A stretch of 64,000 nucleotides of DNA. Origin: the human T2T-CHM13v2.0 reference genome, Homo sapiens. Shown here piece by piece: positions 1 to 16,345 of the stretch (positions are counted from its first letter, which is position 1; each line of letters begins with the position of its first letter). Location of the stretch: assembly GCF_009914755.1 (NCBI RefSeq), contig NC_060937.1. One strand, given 5' to 3'. The notes beneath the pieces were generated by a model, which saw nothing but the letters and a program-made list of their open reading frames with translations, was not told the origin of the DNA and did no database searches. Both the position numbers and the translations under genes were made by a program.

Positions 1-913
1 TAACAGGATCAAAGACATCCTAAAAAGCCAGCTTTATAAATGGATCAATCTCCAGAAATATGTCTTACCAGGATGGGTTCTAAGTGTGCAATGTTCATTG
101 CTAATCTGGAAATCCTCATATAAACTCAATCCTGGAGCCAAATAAAATGGATTTAGTCCTACAAGTAACTCTGAGCTTCTTTGGGACAATATATGGACAA
201 ATATTTGGTTCCAAATCTAAACTTTTTTCCAGAATCCTTTTATTCTCTGTAATCACCCATAATATTTGGAGATCTGACTCAGGCAAAAACATGTGGACTA
301 AGGAGGGGAGAAGGTATCTTAGGGCTGAACTAGATTGATTAGCAAAAAATAATTGCCAATTTTCTGAAGAATTTTCAAGTCTAAATTTTTGACGAATATA
401 AACCAGGCAAACATGATGCTTTTATCCAACCTTGGTGGAAACCATTAAATGTGCTTCCAGTGTCACGGGGCTCCGATTCTGAAAAATATCAAAGCCCAGG
501 TCCCTCAGGTCCCCCAGTTCACTCCTACCCTGTTCCAGAGATCAGCATATTGTCAAAAGGACCTTTCTGATTCTCAGGCAAAATATTTTCTATCTCTTAC
601 ATAGAGTAGTAACTAAAAAGACTGCATCTTTAGGAAACGAAGACAAATTGTTGCAGAGAAGCTACCTGTCTTTAAAAGAAGGGATGATTTATTTTTTTCT
701 CTCTCTTAACTAGAACAATTAATTGGTAACATAATAGAAACTCTCAGCAGTAAATGAGAAATGGCCTAATCCCTGAATAGATCACAAACAGAGTGGGAAG
801 TGTTTTTTCTGCTTTAATTGCAGGAGTTGATGTTCAAAGAATTCCCCTGCTCCTCTTGGTTCTGTTGTGTTGCTGACTTCAGGACTTAAAAATCTGAGAA
901 TAGAGGTTCAACT

Positions 914-984
914 TGTTAATCTAAGGAAAAATAAAAATTAAAAATTGGAGGCCTAATTATCTTTGTTAAAAATAAGGGAAGAGA
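914..984 (+). mobile_element. Probable 5' piece of a MER67-like ERV1 LTR, separated from its 3' part (13367-13972) by the L1MC nest
   Basis: Starts TG; ...ttgttaaaaataagggaagaga would join tttcctcc at 13367 as in my recollection of MER67. No LTR TSD visible. Confidence 0.4.
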
Positions 985-1608
985 CAGTTTCTACTTTTGT
1001 GTCTAAGAGCCTGGAAGTCACCACTCCGTCTTAACAAGTAAAAAGCTGAACCGATTGAAAAACCAACAAGTGTTCTAGAATCCGTAAGAGAAGTGAGGAC
1101 ACAGGGAAAATAAACAAACAAAAAGACTGCCCCCAATATTGGAGAAACAGGTGAATACAGGGAGTTGTAACTTACCAGAATAGAGATTCTAAGCGGAAAC
1201 TGCCACAAGAACGAGTGCTGCTGTGGGAAAGCCTGAACTGTAATTGACAAATTGCTAGACAACTCTGAGAGTTAAAAATAACTGCAAGGTGACTCAGTCA
1301 TAGGAAGCCCCCACAATTTTATGAGGTTTATTTCCAGGAGCTTGACTAGGTTCTCACTGTAAATATCAGAAAAAATATCAGTCAGTTCTAGCCATCCTAT
1401 CCCACCTAAGGGGAGGAAAAAAATGGATAAATATTTGTGAAGTTCACAGAAGAGAAGCACAGGCTTACTAAAAGGCTGAGACCTAATCATAGGCCAGTAG
1501 AACACTTCCCTTTTCCCCTCATCTCACCACCACATTACTGAATGACTACTTATACCAGTTTATTCTGCTCAGTACATTTATGTTTGATTATCAAAAAATC
1601 ACAATGCA

Positions 1609-2237
<629 letters not shown>

Positions 2238-2919
2238 TGAACAGATAGAGCAAGTTTCAGAACTAGACATAGCAGGGATGTTGAAATTACTAGATCAGGA
2301 ATTTAAAACTATAATGAATATGCTAAGGGTTCTCATGGATAAAAAAGAGAACATGTAAGAACAGACAGGCAATGGAAGTAGAAAAATGAAAATCTTATGT
2401 AAGAACCAATGAAAACACTAGAGATGGAAAACACTAGAGATGTAAAACACTGTAAAAGAAATAAAGAATGCATTTGATAATAGGTGAAGCTAGTTTGCAG
2501 ATTGGACACAGCTAAGGAAAGAATCTCTGAGCTTGATGATATCTCAATAGAAATCTCCAAAACAGAAAAGTAAAGATATCAAAGACTGAAAACAACCAAC
2601 CAAAACAGAAAAAACAAAGTATCCAAGGACTGTGGGACAACTACAAAAGGTGTAACATGTGCATACTGGGAATACCAGAAGGAGAAGAAAGGAGAAAGGA
2701 ACAGTAGAAATGCCTGAAATATTAATGACTGAAAATTTTCCCAAATTAATTTCAGACACCAAGCCCCAGGTCCAGAAAGCTCAGAGACTACCAAGCAGGA
2801 TAAATGCCAAAACAAAACTACAATTGGGCGTATCGTTTCCAAACTACAGAAAATCAGATAGGCAAAAAGTGTGAAAGACGTCACAGGAAAAAAAAAAAAG
2901 ACCTTACCTATGGAGGAAA

Positions 2920-2991
2920 GAAGATAAGAATTACATCTGACTTCTCCTCAGATAAGCGAAGATAAGAATTACATCTGACTTTCTCCTCAGA
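2920..2991. repeat. ~33-bp direct duplication inside L1MC ORF1
   Basis: gaagataagaattacatctgact(t)tctcctcaga occurs twice, 5 bp apart. Confidence 0.9.
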
Positions 2992-3288
2992 AACCATGGA
3001 AGTAAGAAGAGAGTGGAGTGAAATTTTTAAAATTAAAACATTGAAAATGTTGAGAGAAAACAGCAACATGGAATTCTGTACCCTTCAAAATTAGCCTTCA
3101 AAAATAAAAGGGATATAAAGACTTTCTCAAATAAAAATTGAGGGAATTCGTTGTCAGCAGATTTGTTGCTCATATATAAGTAAAATGGATAATAGTAATG
3201 ATACAAGAGACAAGAGAGAGGAATTAAAATTATTTATTATAAAATACTAACACTACCCATGAAATTATATAGTATTAATTAAAAGTGG

Positions 3289-3561
3289 CACCTGTAATCC
3301 CAACACTTTGGGAGGTCGAGGCAGGTATGTCACTTGAGGTCAGGAGTTTGAGACCAGCCTGGCCAACATGGTGAAATCCTGTCTCTTCTAAAAATACAAA
3401 AAAAATTAGCTGGGCATGGTGGTGCATGCCTATAATCCTAGCTACTCAGGTGGCTGAGACAGGAGCATTGCTTGAACCTGGGACACAGAGGTTGCAGTGA
3501 TCTGAGATTGTGCCACAGAACTCCAGTCTGGGTGACAGAGTGAAACTATGTCTCCAAAAAA
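3289..3561 (+). mobile_element. AluS, slightly 5'-truncated
   Basis: Alu body starting cacctgtaatccc, poly-A tail, TSD aaaagtgg at 3281-3288 and 3562-3569. Confidence 0.96.
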
Positions 3562-3875
3562 AAAAGTGGATATGTATTAGTTATAAATGTGTATTTTAAA
3601 ATCTACAGAAACTACTAAAAAAAGGTTTTTAAAAGGAGAAATATAACTGATATGTTGAGAAGAGAAAATATATAAAATGCTAGTTAAAAACCACGAAAGC
3701 ATAAAATACAGGAGGAAAATGGCAAATAGGAGACAGGACTGATGTGGAGCTCCTACTTGGACAGACAAAACGGCATGTGTAAACTCACATCATGAACTTT
3801 TGTGCCAACCACCACTGCAGGAACATACCAGGAAAAATGTAAGAATTCACTGACCCTTTGAAAAAAGCAGCTTGG

Positions 3876-4375
3876 GGGTATATACCCAAAGGACTATAAG
3901 TCATGCTGCTATAAAGACACATGCACACGTATGTTTATTGCGGCATTATTCACAATAGCAAAGACTTGGAACCAACCCAAATGTCCAACAACGATAGACT
4001 GGATTAAGAAAATGTGGCACATATACACCACGGAATACTATGCAGCCATAAAAAATGATGAGTTCATGTCCTTTGTAGGGACATGGATGAAATTGGAAAT
4101 CATCATTCTCAGTAAACTATCGCAAGAACAAAAAACCAAACACTGCATATTCTCACTCATAGGTGGGAACTGAACAATGGGAACACATGGAAAGGAAGGG
4201 GAACATCACACTCTGGGGTCTGTTGTGGGGCGGGGGGAGGGGGGAGGGATAGCACTGGGAGATATACCTAATGCTAGATGACGAGTTGGTGGGTGCAGCA
4301 CACCAGCATGGCACATGTATACATATGTAACTAACCTGCACATTGTGCACATGTACCCTAAAACTTAAAGTATAA

Positions 4376-4418
<43 letters not shown>

Positions 4419-4420
4419 AA
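3876..4420 (+). mobile_element. Young 5'-truncated L1PA2/L1PA3-like 3' end with (TAAA)n tail
   Basis: ORF2 C-terminus MFIAALFTIAKTWNQPKCP...LIGGN intact. GAG (not ACA/ACG) at the Ta-diagnostic site (gatgacgagtt). Perfect 16-bp TSD gaaaaaagcagcttgg at 3860-3875 and 4421-4436. Confidence 0.95.
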
Positions 4421-4435
4421 GAAAAAAGCAGCTTG

Positions 4436-4737
4436 GGCCTGGCGCGGTGGCTCACGCCTGTAATCCCAGCACTTTGGGAGGCCAAAGCAGGTGGATCATG
4501 AGGTCAGGAGTTTGAGACCCTGGACAAGATGGTGAAACCCCATCTCTATTAAAAATATAAAAATTAGCTGGGCGCAGTGGTGGTTGCCTGTAATCCCAGC
4601 TACTCAGGAGGCTGAGGCAGGAGAATCACTTGAACCCAGGAGACAGACATTGCAGTGAGCCAAGATCACGCACTACAGTCTAGCCTGGACAACAGAGCAA
4701 GACTCCGTCGCAAAAGAAAAGAAAAGAAAAGAAAAGA
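4436..4737 (+). mobile_element. AluSg-like SINE with (GAAAA)n tail
   Basis: Full dimer; ggatcatgaggtcaggagttt; TSD aaaaaagcagcttg. Confidence 0.96.
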
Positions 4738-5965
4738 AAAAAAGCAGCTTGCTGCTGCAAATTCTGAGACAGCCAAAAAACTGGGAGTTCCCAAAGTGTG
4801 AGGGGAGAAGAGTCTACCTCCAAACACATATCCTTACTGGGGAACCTAAAAATCCAGATCATGGGAGAACGACTTAACCTTACCCAAAACTGAAATGGAT
4901 TTAAGGAGCTGAGTGAAATATAAAAATAGAAGAAACAGCAAAAAGAGCCCTTTAGTCACTTCCAGTCCCCAGCTGAAACCCAGGGAAGCCATCCCTGGCT
5001 GTATCTCACAGGAATCCTTGGGGAAGGCAGCTAGCAGAACTGGGGAGGGGCCACAGGATAAAGGAAGCTTCCAGCTGAACTTTATAATAATTTCAACTGA
5101 GCACAAATTTTCCTCAGAATCCAAGGAGTGAATGGGAAGTGCAGATACAAGTGCAAAAGCCACAGCCAACAGTGCGGGCAGCACACTAAAAACTACAACC
5201 AAGAACTCCCAGAGTCCACTTCAACCCCTGCCATCTCCACCAGAGCAGGTGCTGGTAACCATGGTTGGGAGACCTGAAGACATATCACATCACAGGACTC
5301 TGCAGACATTCCCCAGCACCAGCCCAGAGGTGGGCTGCTGGGTGGCTAGACCCAGAAGGGCAATAATAATATTTTAAAATCTACAGATTCCTGAGGCTCT
5401 CAGTAAACCCCATCCCTTTGTGAAGCGGGAGAGCTCCCATTAAGAGATCACCCTGTGGGACAAAAGAGTCTGGACAGCAGCCTTTGAGTTCTGTATCTTT
5501 CCACTGAAACAGTCTACCCAAATGAGAAGGAACCAGAAAAGCAATTCTGGTAATATGACAAAACAAGGACCTGTAACACTGCCAAAAGATCACACTACCT
5601 TTCCAACAATAAATCCAAACCAAGAAGAAATCTCTGGATTGACAGAAAAAGAATTCAGATAGTTGATTATTAAGCTACTCAAGGAGGTACCAGAGAAAAG
5701 TGCGTACAACTTAATGAAATTCAAAAAACAATACAGTATATAGTTGGAAAAGTCTCCAAGGAATTAGATATCATAAAGAAAAGACAATTACAACATCTTG
5801 AAGTGAAAAACACACTTAGAGAAATAGAAAATACACTGGAAAGTTTCAACAATAGACTGGAACAAGTAGAAGAAAGAACTTCAGAGCTCAAAGATAAGGC
5901 TTTTGAATTACCCAATCTGACAAAGACAAAAAAAATTTATGTCCAGCAGGAAAATATCACAATTC

Positions 5966-5968
<3 letters not shown>

Positions 5969-6002
<34 letters not shown>
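5969..6002. repeat. (AT)n microsatellite within L1PB
   Basis: Uninterrupted AT run. Confidence 0.98.
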
Positions 6003-6005
<3 letters not shown>

Positions 6006-6881
6006 TAACCCAAGAGCTCCCAAATTTATAAAACAATTATAACTACAACTTAGAAATGAGATAGACAGCAACACATTAATAGTGGGGGACTTCAATACTC
6101 CATTGACAGCACTAGACAGGTTATCAACACAGAAAGTCAACAAAGAAACAATGGATTTAAACTATACTGTAGAACAACAAATGAACAGATATTTACAGAA
6201 AATTCTACCCAACAACTGCAAAATATACATTCTTTTCATCAGCAAATGGAACATTCTCCAAGACCCACCATATGATAGGTCACAAATCAAGTCTCAATAA
6301 AATTTAGGAAAATTGAAATTATATCAAGTACTGTCTTAGACCACAGTGTAATAAAACCGAAAATTAACTCAAAAAGGAACTCTCAAAACTCTACAAATAT
6401 GTGGAAATTAAATAATCTGCTCCTGAATGATCTTCAGATCAATAATGAAATCAAGATGGAAATTAAAAAAATTCTTTGAACTGAACAATAATAGTGAAAC
6501 AACCTATCAAAATCTCTGAGATATGGCAAAGTGATGCTAAGAGGAAAGTTCACAGCATTAAATGCCTACATCGCTCATCATCACAGGTCATTAGAGAGAT
6601 GCAAGAATGGCAATAATTAAAAAATTGAAACCTAATAGATGTTGGCGTGGATGTGGTGAAAGGGGACACTTTTACACTGTTGGTGGGAATGTAAACTTGT
6701 AGAGTCACCATGGAAAACATTATGAAGACCCCTTAAAGAACTAAAAGTAGAGCTACCATTTCATCCAGCAATCCCACTAGTAAGTATCTACCCAGAGGAA
6801 AAGGAGTCATTACATGAAAAACACACTTGAACCTGCATGTTTATTATAGCACAATTCACAATTGAAAAAATATAAAACCTG

Positions 6882-8166
6882 CCTAGATTCATTGATTTTT
6901 TGAAGGGCTTTTTGTCTGTATCTCCTTCAGTTCTGCTCTGATCTTAGTTATTTCTTGTCTTCTGCTAGCTTTTGAATTTGTTTGTTCTTGCTTTTCTAGT
7001 TCTTTTAATTGTGATGTTAAGGTGTCGATTTTAGATCTTTCCCGCTTTCTCTTGTGGGCAGTTAGTGCTATAAATTTCCCTCTAAACACTGCTTTAGCTG
7101 TGTCCCAGAGATGCTGGTATGTTGTGTCTTTGTTCTCACTGGTTTCAAATAACTTATTTATTTCTGCCTTAATTTCGTTATTTATCAAGTAGTCAGTCAG
7201 GAGCAGGTTGTTCAGTTTCCATGCAATTGTGCAGTTTTGAGTGAGTTTCTTAAACCTGAGTTCTAATTTGATTTCACTGTGGTCTGAGACACTGTTTGTT
7301 ACGATTTCTATTCTTTTGCATTTGCTGAGGAGTGCCTTACTTCAATTATGTGGTCAATTTTAGAGTAAGTGCAATGTGATGCTGAGAAGAATGTATATTG
7401 TGTTGATTTGGGGTGGAGAGTTCTGTAGATGTCTATCTATTAGGTCTGCTTAGTCCAGAGCTGAGCTCAAGCCCTGAATATTCTTGTTAATTTTCTGTCT
7501 CACTGATCTAATATTGGCAGTGGGGTGTTAAAGTCTCCCACTATTATTGTGTTGGAGTCTAAGTCTCTTTGTAAGTCTCTAAGAACTTACTTTCTGAATC
7601 TGGGTGCTCTTGAATAGGGGCCATATATATTTAGTATAGTTAGCTCTTCTTGTTGGATTGATCCCTTTACCATTACGTAAGGCCCTTGTCTTTTTTGATC
7701 TTTGTTGGTTTAAAGTCTGTTTTATCAGAGACTAGGATTGCAAACCCTGCTGCTGCTGCTTCTTTTTTGTTTTTTTCTTTTTGCTTTCCATTTTCTTGGT
7801 TACTATTCCTCTATCCCATTATTTTGAGCCTATGTGTGTCTTGGCATGTGAGATGGGTCTCCTGAATACAGCACACCAATGGGTCTTGACTCTTTATCCA
7901 ATTTGCCAGTCTGTGTCTTTTAATTGGGGCATTTAGCCCATTTACATTTAAGGTTAATATTGTTATGTGTGAATTTGGTCCTGTCTTTACGATGCTAGCT
8001 GGTTATTTTGCCCATTAGTTAATGCAGTTTCTTCATAGTGTCAATGGTCTTCATAATTTGGTATGTTTTTGCAGTGGCTGGTACAGGTTTTTCCTTTCCA
8101 TATTTAGTGCTTCCTTCAGGAGCTCTTGTAAGGCAGGCCTGGTGGAGACAAAATCTCTCAGCATTA

Positions 8167-8173
<7 letters not shown>
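6882..8173 (-). mobile_element. Inverted 5' segment of an L1PA7-like element (end of ORF1 through ORF2 EN)
   Basis: Minus-strand ORF2 peptide [32 protein letters not shown] (6889-7188). Colinear with 38946-40210 of the intact L1. Confidence 0.93.
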
Positions 8174-10373
<2,200 letters not shown>

Positions 10374-12623
10374 CACAACAGCCTGAATGCATATCAACCA
10401 ACGAGTAGATAAAGAAAATGTGGTATGTTGGGGTGTGTGTGTGTGTATACACACACGTACATTCATACCATGGAACAATACTCAAACATAAAAACTAATG
10501 AACTATTGGCATTCTCAGCAACCTGGATGGAGTTGGAGACCATTATCCTAAGTGAAGTAACTCTCGAATAGAAAACCAAACGTTGTATGTTCTCACTTAT
10601 GAGTGGGAGCTAAGCTATAAGGATGCAAAGGCACAAGAATGATATGATGGACTCTGGCAAATCAGGGAGAAGGGTGGGAGGGAGGTAAGGAATAAAAGAC
10701 TACACATTGGGTACAGTGTACTCTGCTTGGGTGATGGGTGCACCAAAATCTTAGAAATCATCACTAAGTTACTTATCCATGCAACCAAACACCACCTGTT
10801 TCCCCAGAAAGCTATTTAATATTTGAAACCATATTTTAAAAACCATTATTTAAAAATCATTTGGTTTTTAATTATTTAAAAACAAAAAAAAAGCAGAAAA
10901 AGAATAGAAGATAAAAATAGGAAAAAAACAAAGACAACAAATTTAAAAACAGTAACAAATATGGCAGCTATTAATCCAACTATACTAATAATGACCTTGA
11001 ATATCAATGGTCTAAAAGCACTAATTAAAAGATACTTTCTCAGAGTGGATCAAAAAAGAAGAGTCAACAATATATTGTCTACAAAAAACCCATTTTAAAT
11101 ATAAAGGCACATATGGATTAAAAGTAAATGCTTGGAGATTAATATACTAACATTAATCAAAAGAAAGCAGGAGTTACTATATTAATTTCAGACGGAGCAA
11201 ATCTCAAAGTAAAAGGAGTTATCAGGGATGAAGAAGGGCATTATGTCATATTAAAGGGTCGATTCTGCAAGAAAACACAAAAATCCTTAATGTCTTAATG
11301 TGTATATATGTAACAATAGAACTGCAGGGAGAAATAGATAAATCCACAATTATAGTTGGGTAATTTAATGCTCTTCTATCAGAAATGGACAGTTCCAGAA
11401 GGCAGAAAATCACTTATGATGAAGGTGAACTCAACAACACCACAATCAACTGGATATAATCAACAACCTATAGACTACTTCATCAACAACAGCAGAATAT
11501 CCATTCTTCTCAAGTTTACATGGAACATTCACCAGGATAGGCCACATTCTGGGCCATAAAGCCAACCTTAATAAATTTAAAAGAATAACAATCATACAAT
11601 GTCTGCTCTCAAACCACAGTGAAATTAAATTAAAAGCCGATAACAGAAAGACAACTGGAATACTCCTAAATGCACAGAGATTAAACAACAAACTTCTAAA
11701 ATACATATGGGTCGAAAAGAAATATCAAGAGAAATTTAAAAATAATTTGAACTAAATGAAAATGAAAACATAATTTATGAAAATTTGTGGGATACAATGA
11801 AAGCAGTGCTTAGAGAATAATTTATAGCTTTGAATACATATAGTATTTGGATAGTGCCAAAAATGAATCTAGACACAGACCTTATATTCTTCACAAAAAT
11901 TAGCTCAAAATGCATCATCAACCTAAGTGTAAAATGCAAAACTGTAAAAGTCATAGAAGATAACATACGAGAAAATCAACATGGCCTTAGATACGATGTG
12001 CCAATTTTAAATAGAGCAACAAAGCCATGATCCATGGAAAAAATAACTGATAAGCTGGACTTCATTAAAATTGAAAACTTCTTCTCTGCAAAAATCAATG
12101 TCAAGAGAATAAGACAAGCCATAGGCTAGGAGAAAATATTAGCAGAAAATGTCTGATAAAGAACTGTAGTGTCCAAAATATAAAATGAACTCTTAAAACT
12201 CGATAATAAAAAGACAAAAAACAAGATTAAAAAATGATTCAAAGACCTTAACAGATCTCATCATAGAAGACATACAGATGGCAAATAAGTGTATGAAAAA
12301 ATGCTCCATATCATATGTCATCCAGGAAATGCAAATTTAAAAAACAATGAAATACCACTATACACATATTAGAATGGCAAAAATCCAAATACTGGTGACA
12401 ATGTATTGAGCAGTGTTTTACATTCTCATTCCATGAGAGCAACAAGAACTCTCATTCATTGCTGGTGGAAATGAAAGTTTAGAAGACAGTTTGGCGGTTT
12501 CTTATAAAACTATACATACTTTTACTGCATGATCTAGTAAGCATGTCTCCTAGTATTTATCCAAATAAGTTGGAAAATTTAGTTCACACAAAAACCTGCA
12601 TGTGGATGTTTACAGCAGCTTAA

Positions 12624-12761
12624 CACATTTATGCCTAGTGTTTCACTGTTGGAACGCTAAGCATTTGGAAGTTATTTATATCCTGTTGCTCAAGGTCATC
12701 ACCAAAGTCTGTTTTTCAGACATCTCCAATTCAACAAATTGCAACCTCCAGCATAAATGGA
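12624..12761 (+). mobile_element. MER85 piggyBac (PGBD3-family) MITE
   Basis: 138 bp; TIRs cacatttatgcc / gcataaatgga; TTAA on both sides (12620-12623, 12762-12765); internal ggaacgctaagcat...ctcaaggtcatc matches MER85. Confidence 0.92.
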
Positions 12762-13366
12762 TTAATTCATTACTGCCAAAACTTGGAAGCAATTTAAATG
12801 TCCTTCATTAGGCAAATAAAAAACTATGGCACATTCAGACAATGGAATATTATTTAGTGCTGAAAAGAAATCAGCTATCAACCTGAAAAGACATGGAGGA
12901 GCCTTAAATGCATATTTCTGAGTGTAAGAAGCCAGTGAAAAGGTTACTTATTATATGATTTCCAACTATTAGATTATGGGAAAGGCAAAACCATGGAGAC
13001 AGTAAAAAGATCAATGGTTGCCAGTGGTTTGGCAGGGAGCAGGATATAAATATGCAGCCACAGAGGATTTTTAGGCCAGTGAAAACACTGTGTATCATAT
13101 TACAGTGGTGCATACATTTGTCCAAAACTCCAGGATGTAAAACACCAAGAGCGAACCCTAATGTAAACAATGAACTTTGGGTGAAAATGATGCATCCCTG
13201 TAGGTTCACAAATTATAACAAATCAACCAGTTTCGTGGGAGATGTTGATAGTGGGGGCGACTATAGTGCAGGGGCAGGGGGCATATGGGACATCTCTGTA
13301 CCTTCCTCTAAATTTTGTGGTGAGCCTAAGACTGCTCTAAAAATAAATAAATAAGTATTAAAAAAA

Positions 13367-13972
13367 ATTTCCTCCTTTTTCTTAAGGATTTTTTTCTGTA
13401 AACTTGTAAATTCTTTCTCTTTGAGATATACATTGGTTTTTGAAAGTCTCTTGACAGTTTTACAACCCAAGAATGTCTTTCTCAAGGACCTGGGAGACAT
13501 CCCTGAAATGTAACCATCAAGGACATAGCACCCCTATCTCCCAGTTTCTACGAGAAGGTGAGAACCTAACTTCAGTGGGTGCCTTGCTCCAAGTTGCAGA
13601 CTATATTCTGTCATAAAACCATGAGAAGTTTGCTTTTCTTTTCTATAAAGCCAATTAGCTAATGCAGATGGTCACCCAAATTACTAGGTAAATGTAGGAT
13701 GAATTATGTGTGACAAATGGTCATGTCAAGTTCTCTTACTGGAGGACTAGTTATTCTATGTCTTGAGACATGTACATAATGTTCTCGGCTATGTAATCTG
13801 CCTGGCTATATAAAACAGTAACATTTCTTTCTGTCTTTACAATCTCCTGTGATGCACATTACATTTTGGTTTAATACTTCAATAACAAAACTGTTTTCTT
13901 TCTCTACTACCTTTGTGGAGAGGTTTTCTGGGCTGAGGGAAGATTTTTGTTTTTAGTTATATTTCCCCAACA
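13367..13972 (+). mobile_element. MER67-like ERV1 LTR (3' portion)
   Basis: TATA-like tatataaaa; ends ...ttatatttccccaaca; ctttgtggagaggttttctggg motif recalled from MER67. Confidence 0.7.
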
Positions 13973-14789
13973 TTCCCTCTTTATCCTAAAATCCTAATTC
14001 AAACCCACCAGGCTAGGAAGACTGAAACACAAACTACAAATCTCAGAAAAATATGCATTTTGGGTTAATTTTTTTAATAGTTCTCACTCCTCATTAGCCC
14101 TGAGATATTCTCTCCTATTAGTAATACAAAATTGTTAAGTACTGCAAAAATAAGGCCTCTGTGACCATGTGCCTTTTATTAGGGGGATGGCAGGGGAGTT
14201 CTATTCTCTTGAGAGTTGGGCAAGATATATTTTATTTCTTTATTCTTCTGGCTATTTAATACAATTCAGAGGCATTGCACACATCCTTTATTGATGTGCG
14301 CTAATAAAAACCCTTAGGGTTTCTTATAATTAAAATACTCTGTCTTTATTTCTAACCACAAATCAAATTTCCTCAGGTTTCACCGATCTATGAAACAAAT
14401 AAGGCTATATTTTTTAAAAGTAACTTGTTTCAATGGCTTATAACTCTCATTTGCTAAGACAGCACATTATAAAGATGCACCTAACATTTGAAGAAGACCC
14501 AGGAAAGGAAAAGGTCCAGTTACCAGAACAGTGAAACAAAATGGAACAGGATCTCAAATGTGAAGCAAAGGCATCTTGTCGGGACTGAGGCTCGCAGTCA
14601 GAGTTGGATGAGAAGCAAAGGTAAATCCAAGCTAATGGCCACAAATCCCTCCTGGATTATACTCAGGTAGGACTGAACCTACGGGAAGCGATGAAGGAGC
14701 CCCAGCTATTGGAAAGGGATAGATCCAGACACTGGGAACTGTTCACTCATAACTCCATTGTTACTTGCGATGGACCAGTCACTATTTCA

Positions 14790-15560
14790 GATATTGGTAA
14801 TTTAACAGAGCAGCAATCAGTTAAGGAAACCCCTGCTCTCGTGGAGCTTTCTGTGTAGTGAGGAAGACAGATGGCAAACAAGGAAACTGGTAAGAAAAGT
14901 TCAGACTATGGAAACTGCTTTCAAGGAAACATACTGTGTTATGAAATGGAGAATATCAGGGAGGGAGGAAGATTCAAACTGCATCAGGAAGGGCTGTCTA
15001 AGGGGAAGTATCTGAGCTGACTCCTGACCTGACAAGAGAAAAGCAGCCCCATAGACTGGAAGGTCTATAAGAACAGACTTCCAGATACAAAAATCAGCAA
15101 GTTAAAAGGCCTAAGTCATGAATTTGACCTGTTTGAAGGAAAATCAGTTTGGCTGAGCAGAAGGCTGGAAGAGGATGAGGCAGTAAATCATGTAGGGTCC
15201 CATCAGCCATGTAAGAAGTTTGGATTGCATTGAAGTAGAATGGAGTGACAATGAGGATTTTTAAGAATAGAGGTGACAGAATCTGATTTATGTCATAAAA
15301 TAAACCGTTTGGAAAATGGATTGCAGGTGGGCAAGATTGGAAACTCTTTGTATGTGTAAATGAAAGGTGATGGTGTTTTGGACTTGAGGGAAAAAAGTGA
15401 AAATGTGTAGAAATTGACAGATTCGAGATATATTTTTGCAGAGTAGCTGATGATAGAACTTGCTGATATATTATGTGTAAGGAATGAGGGAATGCAAAAT
15501 GAAAAATAACCCCTAGTTTCATTGACTAAAAAAATAGGTGAATCGTTGCTCTTTTTATCT
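14790..15560 (-). mobile_element. LINE-2 fragment
   Basis: ccctgctctcgtggagctttctgtgtagtgaggaagacag and the following purine-rich tract are typical of antisense L2. Confidence 0.7.
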
Positions 15561-15789
15561 GAGGATCTCCCCCATAATTCTTCTTCTCATGATACATTTG
15601 TTGTACTCCATTATATTCTGCTTTCTAGGTCTACCAGAGTGTTTTTCTGTCTCTCAAATTTTATTTTATAGCATTCTTGATCAGAAAGCCTCTGACTGAA
15701 CCTAGTATTTATTCTAAGACTCCTTAGAACTCCCTTCCTTTTTAGAGTTTAGTGTTCCCATCTACCGGGCTCTGATGGGACCAAACTCC

Positions 15790-16345
15790 CAATCATTCTC
15801 TACACATCCCAGAGTGACTTTACAGAAATGTAAATATAATGCAAATTATTCCCCCACTTAAAATTATTTAATGATTCTCCATAGGTTTTTAGGTTTAAGT
15901 TCAAATCTATCGCTTAACCCCCAAGACCTTCTGAGATTCACCCCCATCCATCTGCTACCTCCTTTCCCTTCCAGTCTCCAAACACTCTCAGGGCTCCACC
16001 CTTGGCAAAATATTTTAGGTTCCAGGAATACAGTAATTTTATGCTTTATGTAGAGTATTCACTCAGTCTGGAGTGTCCTTCCCCACATTATATCTACTCA
16101 GCTCAAGACAAGTCTTTTTTGGAAAACTTTGAGCCCCCAATTTGAGTTAATGTTTCCTCTATGTCCTCATAGTTCTCTGGGCATAGTCCTATTGTATCCC
16201 TTATCACTCTGTGTTATTATATTTACTTCTCTCTTCCCCATTAGACAAAGATCCAATTTTTGAAAAGAACTATGTCTTAGTTTTATATTTTTCCCACCTA
16301 GTATAAGGTAGATGCTCCATGAATGTTGAATAAACTACTTATCAA
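15790..16345 (+). mobile_element. LINE-2 3' fragment
   Basis: Pyrimidine-rich L2 body ending gtagatgctccatgaatgttgaataaa. Confidence 0.6.
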
